In this document: positions 11,658 through 24,369 of the stretch, in pieces | Numbering within the stretch: the first letter of the stretch is position 1 | Layout of the letters: the number at the start of each line of letters is the position of its first letter | Source of the DNA: Octopus sinensis | Taxonomy: Eukaryota | Length of the DNA stretch: 64,000 nucleotides | Direction: 5' to 3' | Assembly (NCBI RefSeq): GCF_006345805.1 | Contig: NC_043001.1 | Span: 107,694,001 to 107,758,000, forward strand | The notes under the pieces: model-generated | Databases searched by the model: none | What the model was told of the DNA's origin: nothing | Seen by the model: only the letters and a program-made list of their open reading frames with translations | Translations under genes and position numbers: made by a program

Positions 11658-12473
11658 CATGGAAATAACGGATTCCAAATCGTATAGAGGAAATCATTGT
11701 CTCATTAATCAATGAATGATTATCGTTAGATTTCGTTTTAGATTATTTTACTATAGAACTCTATTTTCTATTTGATGTGAGCTGTAACTAAACAGACTCA
11801 TGCTTAAATATTCTCCAACTGAATTCTTCAAGTCTTACATCAAGGTTAGTCTTGCCCGCCAGAATGGAACTGAGCCAATGCTGTTGCTTCTGGAGAGATG
11901 TTGAACATACAGAAAAAGAATATAACGCTGCAGATGATTCGTGAGTGAAAAGACACTCATATTTGAGAACCTTAATAAATTTTCAGATTAATTAGATTTC
12001 AAATGAGCAATCATTCTTAAATGTCTCCACTTCCAGAATATCGACTGAAATGTTAAAGGATTATACTGCTATATTGAATACATCAATAACCTGCCATATT
12101 GGATGCATTAATCAATATTTAAACCATTTTGATAGGGTCCACATTTCTTGACGATCGTCAACATGATGTCAAATGAAATCGCATTGTTTTATTGCTTTTT
12201 CTTCATTTCAAATTCCAGAATGGAAACCTATCATTGAAGTATCGTTATACATATTCAAAGCTCGTCATAGCTATGTAGTGCTCACCCATGCGCTAATAAC
12301 TGATTTGGTGGAAGTGACTTTCGGCTTGTAGATAACCGTTCTAGTTCTTTGTAACTGATTAAGTGAGAATGCATTTGTTATTAGCTTCGACAAATCTGTT
12401 GAGTTTGTGTATCAATATTTTTTTCATGTCGCGCTACAGCTATAACTCATCAATATTATTTGCATAAAATGTA

Positions 12474-12700
12474 AGGCGGTGCGCTGGCTGATTCTTTAGG
12501 GTGCCGGGCAAAATGCTTAGCGACATTTGGTCCATCCTTTCGTTGAGAGTTCAAATACCGCCGAGGTCGACTTCACTTTTTGTCCTTTCGAACTCGATGA
12601 AATAAGCACCAGATGAACACTGAGGTCGATGTGATCATCCTATACTTTCCCCTGAATTTACTGGCCTTGTGCCAAATTTTGAAACCAATATCACTTGCGT
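12474..12700 (+). mobile_element. Degraded SINE family B
   Basis: aggcggtgcgctggctga...gagttcaaataccgccgaggtcgac. Confidence 0.8.
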
Positions 12701-13231
12701 TAAATAGCTAACTGAATCAATAGTTAGAATCATTTTGTTGCTTATAAGGGATCCTGGCGGCAATGTTTTTGAATACTAGGTGTTGGGAACTTTAGAATTA
12801 GATAAAGACTCTAATTTATAGATTCATTACAAATACAGACCGAAATCTCACGACAAAGCTTTACCAGGAAATGCTCGAATAAAATCTTTGTTATAATTAA
12901 AACGTGATGAAAAAGGTACAGGGGTCGATCTAGTTGATTAAAACGCTTGGAGCCGATACGCTAGTATGGCTCCTATCTGATAATTAAGACTAGAAAATAT
13001 AATAAATTTTCCGTATTCTCACCAAGTCTTAATATAATCAATGATTTCATTATATTATTTTCTTTTCTGATAACGCTTACTCTAGAAATTACGGTGTGCA
13101 TTTCAATTGATTCTATACAGTAGTGTATAGCAGGCCTGCATTATTTACATTCAAACTACCCAATAGAGTATTTAATTAAGAAAAGTTAATGTGCGGTTTG
13201 AAGGTTAATTTGGGTGTAAATTGTTAGCAAA

Positions 13232-13752
13232 GCTGTGTGGTGAGTAGCTTGTTTGTCAACCACATGGTTCTGGGTTCAGTCCCACTGCGTGGCACCTCGA
13301 GTAAATGTCTTCTACTATAGCCTCGGGCCAACCAGATCCTTGTGGGTGGATTTGGTAGACGGACGAAAACTGAAAGAAGCACGTCGTACATACATACACA
13401 CACACACACACACATATATACATACATACATACATAATGCATACATACATACATACATGCATACATACATACATATGTACATACATACATACATACATAC
13501 TTACATACATATATGTATGTAGATATATGTTTGTGCACATGTTTGTGTGTCTGCATTTGTCCCTCCATCATTGTTTGACAACCGATGCAGGTGTGTTTAC
13601 GTCTCCGTAACTTAGCGGTTCTGCAAAAAAGACCGATAGAGTAAATACTAGGCTTACAAAGAATAAGTCCTAGGGTAGATTTGTTCGACTAAAGGCGTTG
13701 CTCCAGTTTGGCCACAGTCAAATAACTGAAACAAGTAAAAGAATAAAAGAAT
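13232..13752 (+). mobile_element. SINE family A with expanded central (CA)/(TACA) microsatellite
   Basis: gggttcagtcccactgcgtggcacc head; ...gactaaaggcgttgctccag...gaaacaagtaaaagaataaaagaat tail. Confidence 0.9.
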
Positions 13753-14587
13753 ACTCTGTAGATAATTCCTGCCAGTGGTTCCACGATTTTCAAATTTGTA
13801 TCTCGACATTTCGAAATTTCATTCTCTCCTTCTCACCCTCGAAGCAGAAATACGTAAGAACCATTTGTAGGAATTTGTTATCAGCATGATAAAAATGCAA
13901 ATTTGCATTGAATTGTAGCTTCAAGAACAAAGAAATTTCAAACCAGTTTCAAAACTATCAAAATCGGCTGTGATCAAACAGATTCAAGTTAATGCCATTC
14001 CAAACATTGCCAGATTCATTCTAGTCTAGCAGATTGTAAATGATCAACGAAGTATTTTCAAATCATCATTATTCTGAGATATCAAATACCATCATTAACT
14101 CATTAGCGCTTTTTCGGAATTCTCTGGGGACTATTCTCAGATTGATTGCTTAATGGAACTTACAGTATGAGGCCTGACTTTGTTTTTGGTTGTGCTGTTG
14201 TTTAGCACCAAATCAGCTGTGATTCAGCCGGAATCATGTTTAATTTTACTTTTGCAAACAGTGGATGACATTATCAAATCAATTCTACATCATTCTTAAA
14301 TGCAAGACAGTGGCTTGGGGCAAATTCTGTTCATAGTTCTAGCAGAGGGTGTAACCGCATGGAGATTTCCTCGCTGTGCGGTATTATTCTTTTCGCATAA
14401 AACTGCCGAATCTATAATACGATACAAACTGGTGATATGGTTAGTTATTCAGCCGCTGCAAATATAACACATTGTGTACAGGATATAAATACAATACTGG
14501 TAACGTTAGGGTATAAGAAAACCGTAACGTTTCACATAAGTAATCTGTATATGTTACTTACCGTTGTTATACTATAGAAATCTCGCC

Positions 14588-14708
14588 GTACCCCGTCGGT
14601 TACAACAACGAGGGAACACCTGCTCGTGAAATTAACGTGAAAATGGATAAGCACTCCACAGACACTTGTACCCTAAAGATAGTTCTCAGGGAGATTCAGT
14701 GTGACACA
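14588..14708 (-). mobile_element. 3' fragment of SINE family C, inverted and abutting the next copy
   Basis: Reverse complement of about 14925-15075. Confidence 0.85.
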
Positions 14709-15079
14709 GTGGCCCAGTGGTTAGAGCAGCGGACTCGCGGTCGTAGGATCGCGGTTTCAATTCCTAGACTGGGCGTTGTGAGTGTTTATTGAGCGAAAAC
14801 ACCTACAACTCTACGAAGCTCCAACAGTGGGGGTGGCGAACCCTGCTATACTCGTTCACCATAACTTTCTCTCACTATTTCTTCCTGCTTCTGTTGTACG
14901 TGTATTTCAAAGGACCAGCCTTGTCACACTCTGTGTCACGCTGAATCTCCCCGACAACTATGTTAGGGGTACGCGTGTTTCTGGAGTACTCAACTACATG
15001 CACGTTAATTTCACGAGCATGTTTTTCCGTTAATCGGATGAACTGGAACGCTCGTCGACGCAAGCGACGGAGTGCCACA
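14709..15079 (+). mobile_element. SINE family C
   Basis: tggcccagtggttagagcagcggactcgcggtcgtaggatcgcggtttcaattcc head; ...cgacggagtgccac end. Confidence 0.92.
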
Positions 15080-15829
15080 TTATATCCTAGTTAAGTAAAA
15101 TGTACAGAATGCAATTTTGAAATAATACTACTTTCGTCGCCAATAATGAACTTATGACAATATTATTCTTTAAAATAAGGAAGCTAGGCTAACTGAAAAT
15201 AAAGAAAGAGAAAGAATAAAGAAAACTAAACAATCCACGGCAAAACTTAACGCTCTCTCCTTAAGCTTATTGAGCAACAACGTGCTGTAATTGCTCGTGG
15301 AATATATCTGAGCAAACCATACTTCTTCGATAAGACCCTCCGTCTTCTCTTCAAGAACTTAATAGTCAGATATGAGTTATAAATCGTCGAGCTTGTTTCG
15401 CTTCTATTTCCACTGATTTTTTAAACATTTTACCTGCTACTGGCCCTCCCCACTCAACCAACTCTATCTCACAATTTTATCAGTGGTCAGCATATAAAAA
15501 CAGACCAACAAAGGTGAAATTATTTATATGATTATAATTAAGGGCATAGAAAGCAATTTTCTAGCCTATATGCTGAATAATAGACGCGGAATCAGCTCAC
15601 CACTTAATAAGTCATAAAGATACACACATGTTGAAATTGAAGCAGTAAGCTAACGGAAATTAATAACAATATAAATAGCCCTGCATTAGCTAATTTCTGG
15701 ATTTGGCCAATGGGTTTTCCTTCTTCAACACGAGTGTATCTTGGTAACTTTTTAAGTGCTGAGACGATTTAGCGTCTATTTTTCAACAAATAGGCTAGAA
15801 AATTGTTTTTTTGTGAGCTTCATTATAAT

Positions 15830-15904
<75 letters not shown>

Positions 15905-16321
15905 ATATATGTATGTATGTCTATGTGTGTGTTTGTATATATATGTGTGTGTGTGTGTTTATGCATGTATGTATTAACATTTTATGCATAATTGTATGGG
16001 CGGGAAAAATCAAAAATTGACGATCAGCACTGATTTTCTCTCGGGGCTTGACTGATCATTCCTGAAAATACACCTAGAGGCAAAACTCGATGTTGACTGT
16101 TAAACCAGAACATTACGGCATCCGATGTACCCAAAACGTTCAATTGTATATGACGAAATAAGAAATATACATAGTTATAAAACTTATAACTCTTAGATGG
16201 CTATATATTTAGTATATATTCATTAAGTTGAAGGTCAATATTACTTTTTGGTATTAATACTAATTCTGCGCTATTAATTAATTAATTAATTATATATATA
16301 TATATGTATACATGTATGTAT

Positions 16322-16520
16322 ATAGGCTAGCCACTACACATTCTTTAGTTTCTCTCTTTATTTTCTCTACTTGTTTCTTTGTGTGTTCCTTTCTGTGGAA
16401 GAGCGTAGGCTCGAAACGTTAAAGACGTTTTCACTTCCCGAGCATTATACTAATACATCTGTTTGTTGTCTACACCACCTGTTTTCGTCTTTTGTTTTTT
16501 GTTTGTGAATTCCCCCACTA
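16322..16520 (+). mobile_element. Penelope-like terminal repeat fragment flanked by (TA)n
   Basis: Pyrimidine-rich repeat carrying a minimal hammerhead-like motif, a known hallmark of PLE pseudo-LTRs. Confidence 0.6.
16389..16424 (+). ncRNA. Minimal type-I hammerhead-like motif (A6 substituted)
   Basis: CTTT-CTGTGGA-A-GAGC gtag GCTC-GAA-ACGT-T-AAAG: stem I CTTT/AAAG, stem II GAGC/GCTC, palindromic stem III ACGT. Confidence 0.6.
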
Positions 16521-17410
16521 TATATATATCGTACTATATTATATTATATTGTATTGTGTTCTATATTACGATGACAACCACGCTTGATAATGCAACTAAA
16601 TGAATATTTACTCGGAAATTACATTTTTGTTTTCTCTTTATGTAATAAGTTAGACCAAAATCATATTTTATCACAGTAACCGATGAAATTAGCTCATATA
16701 GTTTACTATTTTCTTTATCGTCTCCCACATTAAACTGCCAACCAATACAGCATGCCATTGGTAGAATTAGAGAACTGGAGCGCAGAACATAAACTAAACA
16801 ATATATTTAAAGTATCCGCTCGACTTTTATGATAATAGTGGAAAATGTTCTGAGATTTATGTTGGTTATAACAATAGGAAAAGCTTTTATGGACTATAGA
16901 ATATATCTCTGGATGTTTACCTAATACTTTGTCTAGAGATATACGTAAATCCCTTCTTTTATATATGATGTTATGAAGGGTGTCCAACGAGTGATCAACC
17001 AGATTAGATTCAAATCCGTGTTGGAGTTTTATGAGCGTTGATGTACTTATGTAACCGGATGTAAATTTGATATAACTAAATAATAATCATAAAACTGCTT
17101 CTGCAAGGCTATCATGGCTTTAAATATTAATGTAAGCAAACAGAGCAATGATGAAATATCATTGTTAAATTTTAAATTAATTATGAGATGCAAAAGTGTC
17201 TTCTATTATAACCCCGAGAAGACCAAAGCATTGGGAGTGGATTTACTTCAAAGCAGTAATCCAAGATGGCTGCAATCAAATGATTGAAACGCGTAAAATA
17301 TATTTTTTAAAAATTGGATACTGAAGACGGAAAGGCTAAACAACGAATAAATTATGGACTAATGGGTGAAGAATCTATTTGGTTTCAAGTATGAGATTCT
17401 AGGTAAATGA

Positions 17411-17620
17411 GGAGGCGTGCTCTAGTGGCTACGGTGTTGCGTGTAATCGAGTCGTTAAGGTTTCGATTCCCAGGCGGAGCGGCGGGTTGTGTTCTTAAGT
17501 AGGACACTCTATTTCAACTTGCTCCAGTCCCCTCAACTGTAAATAAGAATTGAATGGTATACAATTGAATGGTATCCCGTTCAGGTTAAGGATTGTGATC
17601 TCAGTCGCTTATTTGCCTTG
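17411..17620 (+). mobile_element. Degraded tRNA-derived SINE (family C-type head)
   Basis: ggaggcgtgctctagtggctacgg...gtttcgattcccaggcggagcgg. Confidence 0.7.
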
Positions 17621-17822
17621 AAAATAAGGGGGAGCGAGCAAAAAGAGTGATGCGACCCGAAGACAGTGTTATGTCCACGAGAATACTTGTTCTCAAAAAG
17701 CAAAAGCATTAAAGAATTGCACATCACTTTACTGCTCTTAATACCGATAATATGAATTCTGTTCTTTTCGATTTTTTTCTCTAAGTTCTTTTATTCGTTT
17801 TTTTTTACTGTATGTTCATTCC

Positions 17823-17864
<42 letters not shown>

Positions 17865-17865
<1 letters not shown>

Positions 17866-18069
17866 ATATGTGACCGCGTGTGTATCGTTGGCGATTTTCT
17901 TTCTCCGTCTTCCCTTCCTTAGACCTTTCCTATTTTTATATTTCTGACTAAGAGTTCCGTTCGAAGCGTTAAATCCTCCTTCTTTCTTTCCTTTCCTGAG
18001 CGTCCAATAACACTATACTTGTTCCACGTCCTCGCGTTGTTGTGTTTTCTCTTTGTTCATGTTTGGATT

Positions 18070-18072
<3 letters not shown>
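17865..18072 (+). mobile_element. Penelope-like terminal repeat fragment (second subfamily) with degenerate hammerhead motif
   Basis: ATTT-CTGACTA-A-GAGTtccGTTC-GAA-GCGT-T-AAAT at 17940-17974; flanked by (TA)n and (CT)n(TA)n. Confidence 0.55.
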
Positions 18073-18143
<71 letters not shown>

Positions 18144-18369
18144 GATAGTTTCTAATTCTGAGTTATGTTAACATACTGCTTGGCGAAGTCTAATGCTTTT
18201 AGGAGTAAAGGCCGAGATATTGACGGGTAAAAGCTGGACCAATCTTTGGTTGAAACATATCTAAGTTTATCTAAGTTTAATATCAAACTGCGTAAATTCG
18301 TAGTTATGCTTATGGCTGATCTCTTTAAACCAATCTATTACTGACTTAACTATGTTTCCAAATTCATAA

Positions 18370-18399
<30 letters not shown>

Positions 18400-18408
<9 letters not shown>

Positions 18409-18460
18409 CTCATGTGGTTGGGAAGCAAGCTTCTTACCACACAGCCACTCCTGCGCCTAT
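18400..18460 (-). mobile_element. SINE family A head fragment
   Basis: accacacagccactcctgcgcct is the reverse complement of the family A 5' end. Confidence 0.85.
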
Positions 18461-18532
18461 ATTTACACATACACACACACGCACGCGCACACATAAACGC
18501 ATATATATATATATACATATTTATATGTGTGA

Positions 18533-18585
<53 letters not shown>

Positions 18586-18615
18586 TATATATTATATATA
18601 TATATATATATATAT

Positions 18616-18682
18616 GCACATACACGCCACACACACACCCATATATATAACATAATACTATATATATATATATAATATATAT

Positions 18683-18725
<43 letters not shown>

Positions 18726-18764
18726 TACACGCCACACACACACCCATATATATAACATAATACT

Positions 18765-18799
<35 letters not shown>

Positions 18800-18800
18800 G
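18616..18800 (+). repeat. About 105-bp tandem duplication inside a (TA)n field
   Basis: gcacatacacgccacacacacacccatatatataacataatac at 18616 and 18721. Confidence 0.92.
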
Positions 18801-19129
18801 AATCGATATCATGCTTTTCACTTTCAGAAGCTGTGTATATGGAAAAGTCTCTGGAGAAAAAATTTTCAGAAAAAGTAATTACATAACACCTCGGGCCAAT
18901 TATGTAGCGAAGCGGGAAGAATTACAGCATTAAAACTGCATGGAATATATAAACAAATTACAAACATTGTTTGGACCACATTAACAGGTTACTTTAACAA
19001 CACTCTAACCCAGGGTCTGTATAGAAATATAGAAAATATTGAAAAAAAACCAAAAAACAAGAGGAAGCCTCTAATATTCTGCTGCGGGATGTTTTCGAAA
19101 TAGAAAGTAAAGAAAATTTTGTGCGGCAG

Positions 19130-19330
19130 TTGAAAACTAAGGTTTAGCAGAGTCACGTGCCCTTGTTCGGGAGGGTGGAGCTTTATGCTCCCAAGGAAGA
19201 CGACTCGGTAAAAGACTTCTTCGACCGCTACTACTGCTACTGCTGCTACTGCTGCTGCTGCTGCTGCTGTTTCATGCTCCAGTTGTCTGTGTAAACTGTG
19301 TTGTGCCGTTGCTCAGTTAAAAGGTAGTCT
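19130..19330 (+). promoter_or_regulatory. Possible promoter or first non-coding exon patch
   Basis: Locally GC-richer non-SINE sequence, CACGTG at 19154-19159, (CTA/CTG)n run about 19229-19269, weak donor-like AAG|GTAGTC at 19324. Confidence 0.2.
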
Positions 19331-19454
19331 TAACCCCTTCCATGCGAAAATGTTTCATTTTGGAATCTATATTTTTTCTCCGTTTTACTGAGAATGAATT
19401 TTTTTTTGTCTATTTCTGAAGACTTAATAATATGTAATAGTTTTTTTTAATAAT

Positions 19455-19780
<326 letters not shown>

Positions 19781-20199
19781 CTCTTTCTCCCCTCTCAATA
19801 CATGTATATTATGTGCAACAAAACCTATTCGGGCAATAATACAATATCTCTGAATTGTGACCATTTCATCTGCTTGTTTCCTTGCATTCACATTTATCAA
19901 AGTTTCATCAAACAAATTCTGGAAGCGACGGGGAACCATTGCAGAGATGGTATTTTGCTGGTATTGCTGTGAAGTTAAACTACGGAGTGTGTTTCAGAGG
20001 GTTGCTTTCGTCAGATATATCAAGACGATACCATTGCCTACCGCTTTCGAAATTCCCAGAATCTTCATCGATGGAGACGGTGCAGCTCTCTGAAGATATG
20101 TCATTAGAGTTTTCGAGAAGGCGGCGAGCTGACAGAATCGATCAAATCGATTGGCTTCCTCCCAAAAGATTTTGGGCCTTGTGCCTAGAGTAGAAAAGA

Positions 20200-20570
20200 C
20201 TATTTCTTAAGGCAGCGTGTTACATATCCCAGGTCCCCAATAATTACAGATATAAACCTGAACTTGTAATCTGGATAGAGTAACTGCAGATTTCTCAATA
20301 GTTCAGCATAGGTGTTCTCTTCTTAATTGAAGCTCAGCTTTATGTTAACGTCCGCTGGGCAGCTAATTTGCACAACTGCTTAGTTTCTCTTCTCTGACCC
20401 AAATCCTTATATCAGCTCTGTTGTGCTTACATCATCTTCAGGTCTTCAGTGGTACATTCCACCAGTATTCCTTTCCATTATGAGTGGTTATAGCTTCTAC
20501 CATATTGTGGGTTTTTATTTCTTTGTCCTCGGGATTATCCTTCCGACGGATTTCATTATGTATGTACGTA
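20200..20570 (-). mobile_element. R4/Dong-like non-LTR retrotransposon, RLE endonuclease remnant
   Basis: Minus strand: NEIRRKDNPE...KEYWWNVPLKT...KHNRADIRIW...QISCPADVNIK...EENTYAELLRNLQLLYPDYKFRFISVIIGDLGYV (PD-(D/E)xK-type region). Confidence 0.85.
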
Positions 20571-21273
20571 TGCATGTATTTATTTATTTTGTAACATTTC
20601 ATAGAAGTGAGCTGTGGTTCCTTTTGTTTGACATTCCTGATCCTCAAACCTCCGATACAAATGTGGATCTTTTCGTCTCGTTTATAAATATGAATACTTA
20701 AGCCTCATTTGTTCATCCGAGTGCCTTACTTTTATACGAGTCATTATACCTGCTGTATAAACTATACCTTTGTAAAGATAAACAAAGAAAGTATGGTCAA
20801 ACAATATTAATAATATCTACATCAATAGCAATCATCCATCAAATGGAGTCAATTTTGTGTTAGACTATATAGCTTAGAGAAGTAAGTTATATATAAATGT
20901 ATGTGTAAAATAGCAATTTCCGCTTTCTGTTATATCTTTGTATTTTCATTTACTTTGAATCCGTATTCAGTAACATCAGTGTTTTTAGAGTATTATTATG
21001 TATCTTTTTGTCTCATCATCGAATGTCGGAAAGCTTTTCAAGTAGAAAATCGTAGGGTTTGACAGGCGAGTTCCTGAGTGATATTTCATGTCGATTACAT
21101 TTCAACAAAACCTGCATTGCATTGTCATTGATTGATGCTTCGGGTCAGCAGCTACACTGCTTAGTATTTCCATCAATATGTCTCTGTGCGGGTTATATGT
21201 GTGTCTCTATTTTTATATATGTTTACGAGTATGCACGTATATATGTATGTATACATTCATGTATATGTGTATG

Positions 21274-21305
<32 letters not shown>

Positions 21306-21367
21306 AGTACGTAGGTATGTATGTGTATGTATGTATATATGTAAGTACGTATATATGTAGTTATGTA

Positions 21368-21409
<42 letters not shown>

Positions 21410-21735
21410 GTAAGTACGTACGTATGTAGGTAGATATGTACTTATGTACGTATCAATTTCTATGTACGTATGTCTGTACATGTCTGTGTGTATTCGTGAG
21501 TGTGTATGTGTGTGTTGCTTTTATTCAAAGAGCGGGCCACGCAGCGAGAGAAATATATATATATATATACAAATTATTAGAATACAAGTAAATATTTTTC
21601 TCTATCAAATTTACTATTTACAAACAATTTACAAGCTTTGCATGCATTCTCATGCATACCTACATATATGTACACAGGTAAATTTAATATGTAGTTTTAA
21701 AAGCATGCAAACATGCATGTACATAAATATATATA

Positions 21736-21945
21736 TACATTATTTACATTTTACGAATATTTGTCCTCATCTTGTTTGTTGTTAACACAACATTTCGGCT
21801 AATATATCCTCCCGCCTTCATCAGGTGTCTTGAGGAAATTTGAACCTGAGTTTGTTGTGCTAACAACAAACAAGATGAGGATAAATATCCGTCAAATGTA
21901 AATAATGTAAATAATGTACATAATTCCTCATCTCAAATATAGAAC
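21736..21945 (-). mobile_element. Penelope-like end with about 50-bp inverted arms enclosing a hammerhead motif
   Basis: atttgtcctcatcttgtttgttgttaac (about 21759-21786) is inverted at about 21860-21890; direct-plus-inverted terminal structure is typical of PLE insertions. Confidence 0.65.
21783..21829 (-). ncRNA. Minimal type-I hammerhead ribozyme motif with intact catalytic core
   Basis: Reverse complement: GACAC-CTGATGA-A-GGC(14 nt)GCC-GAA-ATGT-T-GTGTT; CUGAUGA and GAAA conserved, stem I GACAC/GUGUU, stem III AUGU (usually ACGU). Confidence 0.7.
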
Positions 21946-21980
21946 AGTAATACATATATCTGTTGTAAACTTACTCATAG

Positions 21981-22150
21981 CGGAGGTGCAATGGCCCAGT
22001 GGTTAGAGCAGTCGATTAGATCGTCCCCAGTACGCAATTGGTACTTAATTTATCGACCACGAAAGGATGAAAGGCAAAGTCGACCTCGGCGGAATTTGAA
22101 CTCAGAACGTAGCGGCAGACGAAATAACGCTAAGCATTTCGCCCGGCGCC
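21981..22150. mobile_element. SINE family C head (+) fused to SINE family B fragment (-)
   Basis: ggaggtgcaatggcccagtggttagagcag then ggtacttaatttatcgaccacgaaaggatgaaaggc... Confidence 0.8.
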
Positions 22151-22340
22151 GCAAGGACCCAGTATTATAACAGCTTAGGGAACAATACTCGTTACAATTT
22201 TTCCCTACTCTGCCAGATGACCTCAGAGATCTGCGAGGAGTAAATGAGGATGTTTTAAAAGAATGTTTGGGTAAATGTGTTATCTAAGTGACCAGATAAA
22301 CCCACATCACAATGAAGAGTAATTCTGTTCATCTTATTAC
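22150..22340 (+). mobile_element. CR1-group LINE 3' ORF2 remnant
   Basis: ...FFPTLPDDLRDLRGVNEDVLKE resembles the CR1-group terminal FNxLPxxLR...FKxxLD motif. Confidence 0.55.
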
Positions 22341-23855
22341 TTCACCAAAAACAAATACGAATAGAAGAAAGAAGAGTGTGAAATTAAAACCCGGTGGTAG
22401 TCCAGCGTGGCCATAGCCTATAGATTTAAACAGGAAACGAAGTAAATAAATGCCACAACACCGTTCATGTTTCGAATACTTCTATTCAGAGAAACTTCTG
22501 CTACAGTTATATGCCGAAATAACGGTGGAACTAGCACTAAACAAACGTAAGGGATTTTATAGTAAAGTCTATTTGCCAACGCAAAGTGGCAGTCCTTCAT
22601 AGGACGATATTACTACTTTTTAGCCCCAGGAAAAAATATTTTTCAGCTGGCTACCGACACATGATCTGTGTCCGTATAGAATTTACTGTACAGTACAGTT
22701 ACTATATATTTATCGCTCTAGTTTTTTTTTTTTTTTTTACTTTTTATTTCTTAGTCAGTAGTGCGGAAATTTAGAACTTTTTGGAGAATAAATAACTGAG
22801 ACATTATCCAGTTTACAAACATATTATTACGAAATGAAATAGTATTAGTTACTATTTATAAATATTGCGGGGAATTATTCTGCTTAGCAAAAAAGAGATT
22901 ATGTGAAGAAAAGAGTTCTTCTGCCGATGATCGAAGCTATCAACATAGATTCCAAAAGATAAATGCATGTTCGCAAAGATTTGTTCGTGTAAAATTAAAA
23001 CATTTTAACTTGATGGAAATCTCTTAATACATATGAATTTGTAACAAAAATGAATGTCGTAATTATCATTTTCCTTCTCTGTGCGACCCCTAAAATTCTC
23101 GGCCATCAAATTCAGTAGGGGTTACATAACTTCCTTGAATTCACAAGAATCATCCAGGACATAGATTGTACAGACTGAAAGCAAAGGATTATCGCCTGTG
23201 ATGCTGTTATAGGTTTTCACTGCGAGCGAGGACGCTCTACGTTATTTCAGTGTAATAGAAGATTTTGAGGTATTAATACCTTACACAAGAGCATTAGTGG
23301 ATTGAAAGATTTAATCCGTATTGACATGATCTAGGCATGGAAAATGCAAAGCACTTTTTTCTTTTCCATTTCATCGGCGGTGCAATCCAAGCAGTGTAAT
23401 ATATTGATTATATTTCTGGTGACGAGTCGGAACTAACAGCATTAGTTCTGGGTCTTAGTGCAACAAAGCAATTATTTTCAAAGGGTTGACATGATACAGT
23501 GCGAACATTAATCATAAAATACATCGGTTCCTATATAGATATATATGTATGTACATGTATGTAAATATATTTATACATGGAGACGCGCATCCATGGGCAT
23601 GTATGCGTGTGTATGTGTGAGTGGTTATGTTTGTATGAGCGAATTTAATTTTGTTGGTGTGTGTGTATATATGAGTGCTTTCTGTATCATGCAAAGAGGA
23701 AGGAATAACGATTCTAACAGAGGATTGCCAATCAAAAAAGATAAAAAAAGTGAAGCTGTCGTGTTGAACTTCCAATCCGATATTGAGATCAAAAATGTTC
23801 GCTCCTGCCTTTTCTCACACAAAAGCAAAGAGAACACGACTTCAACACACACACA

Positions 23856-23887
<32 letters not shown>

Positions 23888-24369
23888 ACACACACACACA
23901 CACACACAACCACACACACACAAATACACACACACATACACACATTTTGCAATGAAAATGCATGGCCAAGCATTTGCGATGTTTGCCTTACATTCATAAT
24001 TTCGGTTCGATTCCTGGACAGAACGAAGCACCTTCCTTAAACAAGTTATTTCATAACACGTTGCTCCAGCATACACCGCACCAGTGAAATGTTGGTGTAA
24101 CCCTTTCTCACTTCCCCTGTTACAGCTGATAACTTAATAATCAAAACGACAAACATACAGCAAAATAATGTTATCTGCAAACTGGTTATACTCGTTGACA
24201 TGTGGCGGGTATGTATCTATCTCTCTGTATGTATCTATCTATCTGCATATATATGTGTCTACATACACATACACTTCGATACTTTGATAGATTTCGGCCA
24301 GTATTGGCTCAGACCATGTCTAACTTAATAGCACCACCTGGCGAAGTCATTCAAATCAGGAATCGGACA

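Noticed and set aside
18267-18821. 184-aa ORF and the many similar YI/CV/HT/LSIY-rich ORFs in the track
   Set aside because: Translations of (TA)n, (TG)n and (TATC)n microsatellites; no coding signal
19882-20193. 103-aa ORF as a host exon
   Set aside because: No recognisable motif in any frame; the last third is a SINE fragment; no clear splice sites
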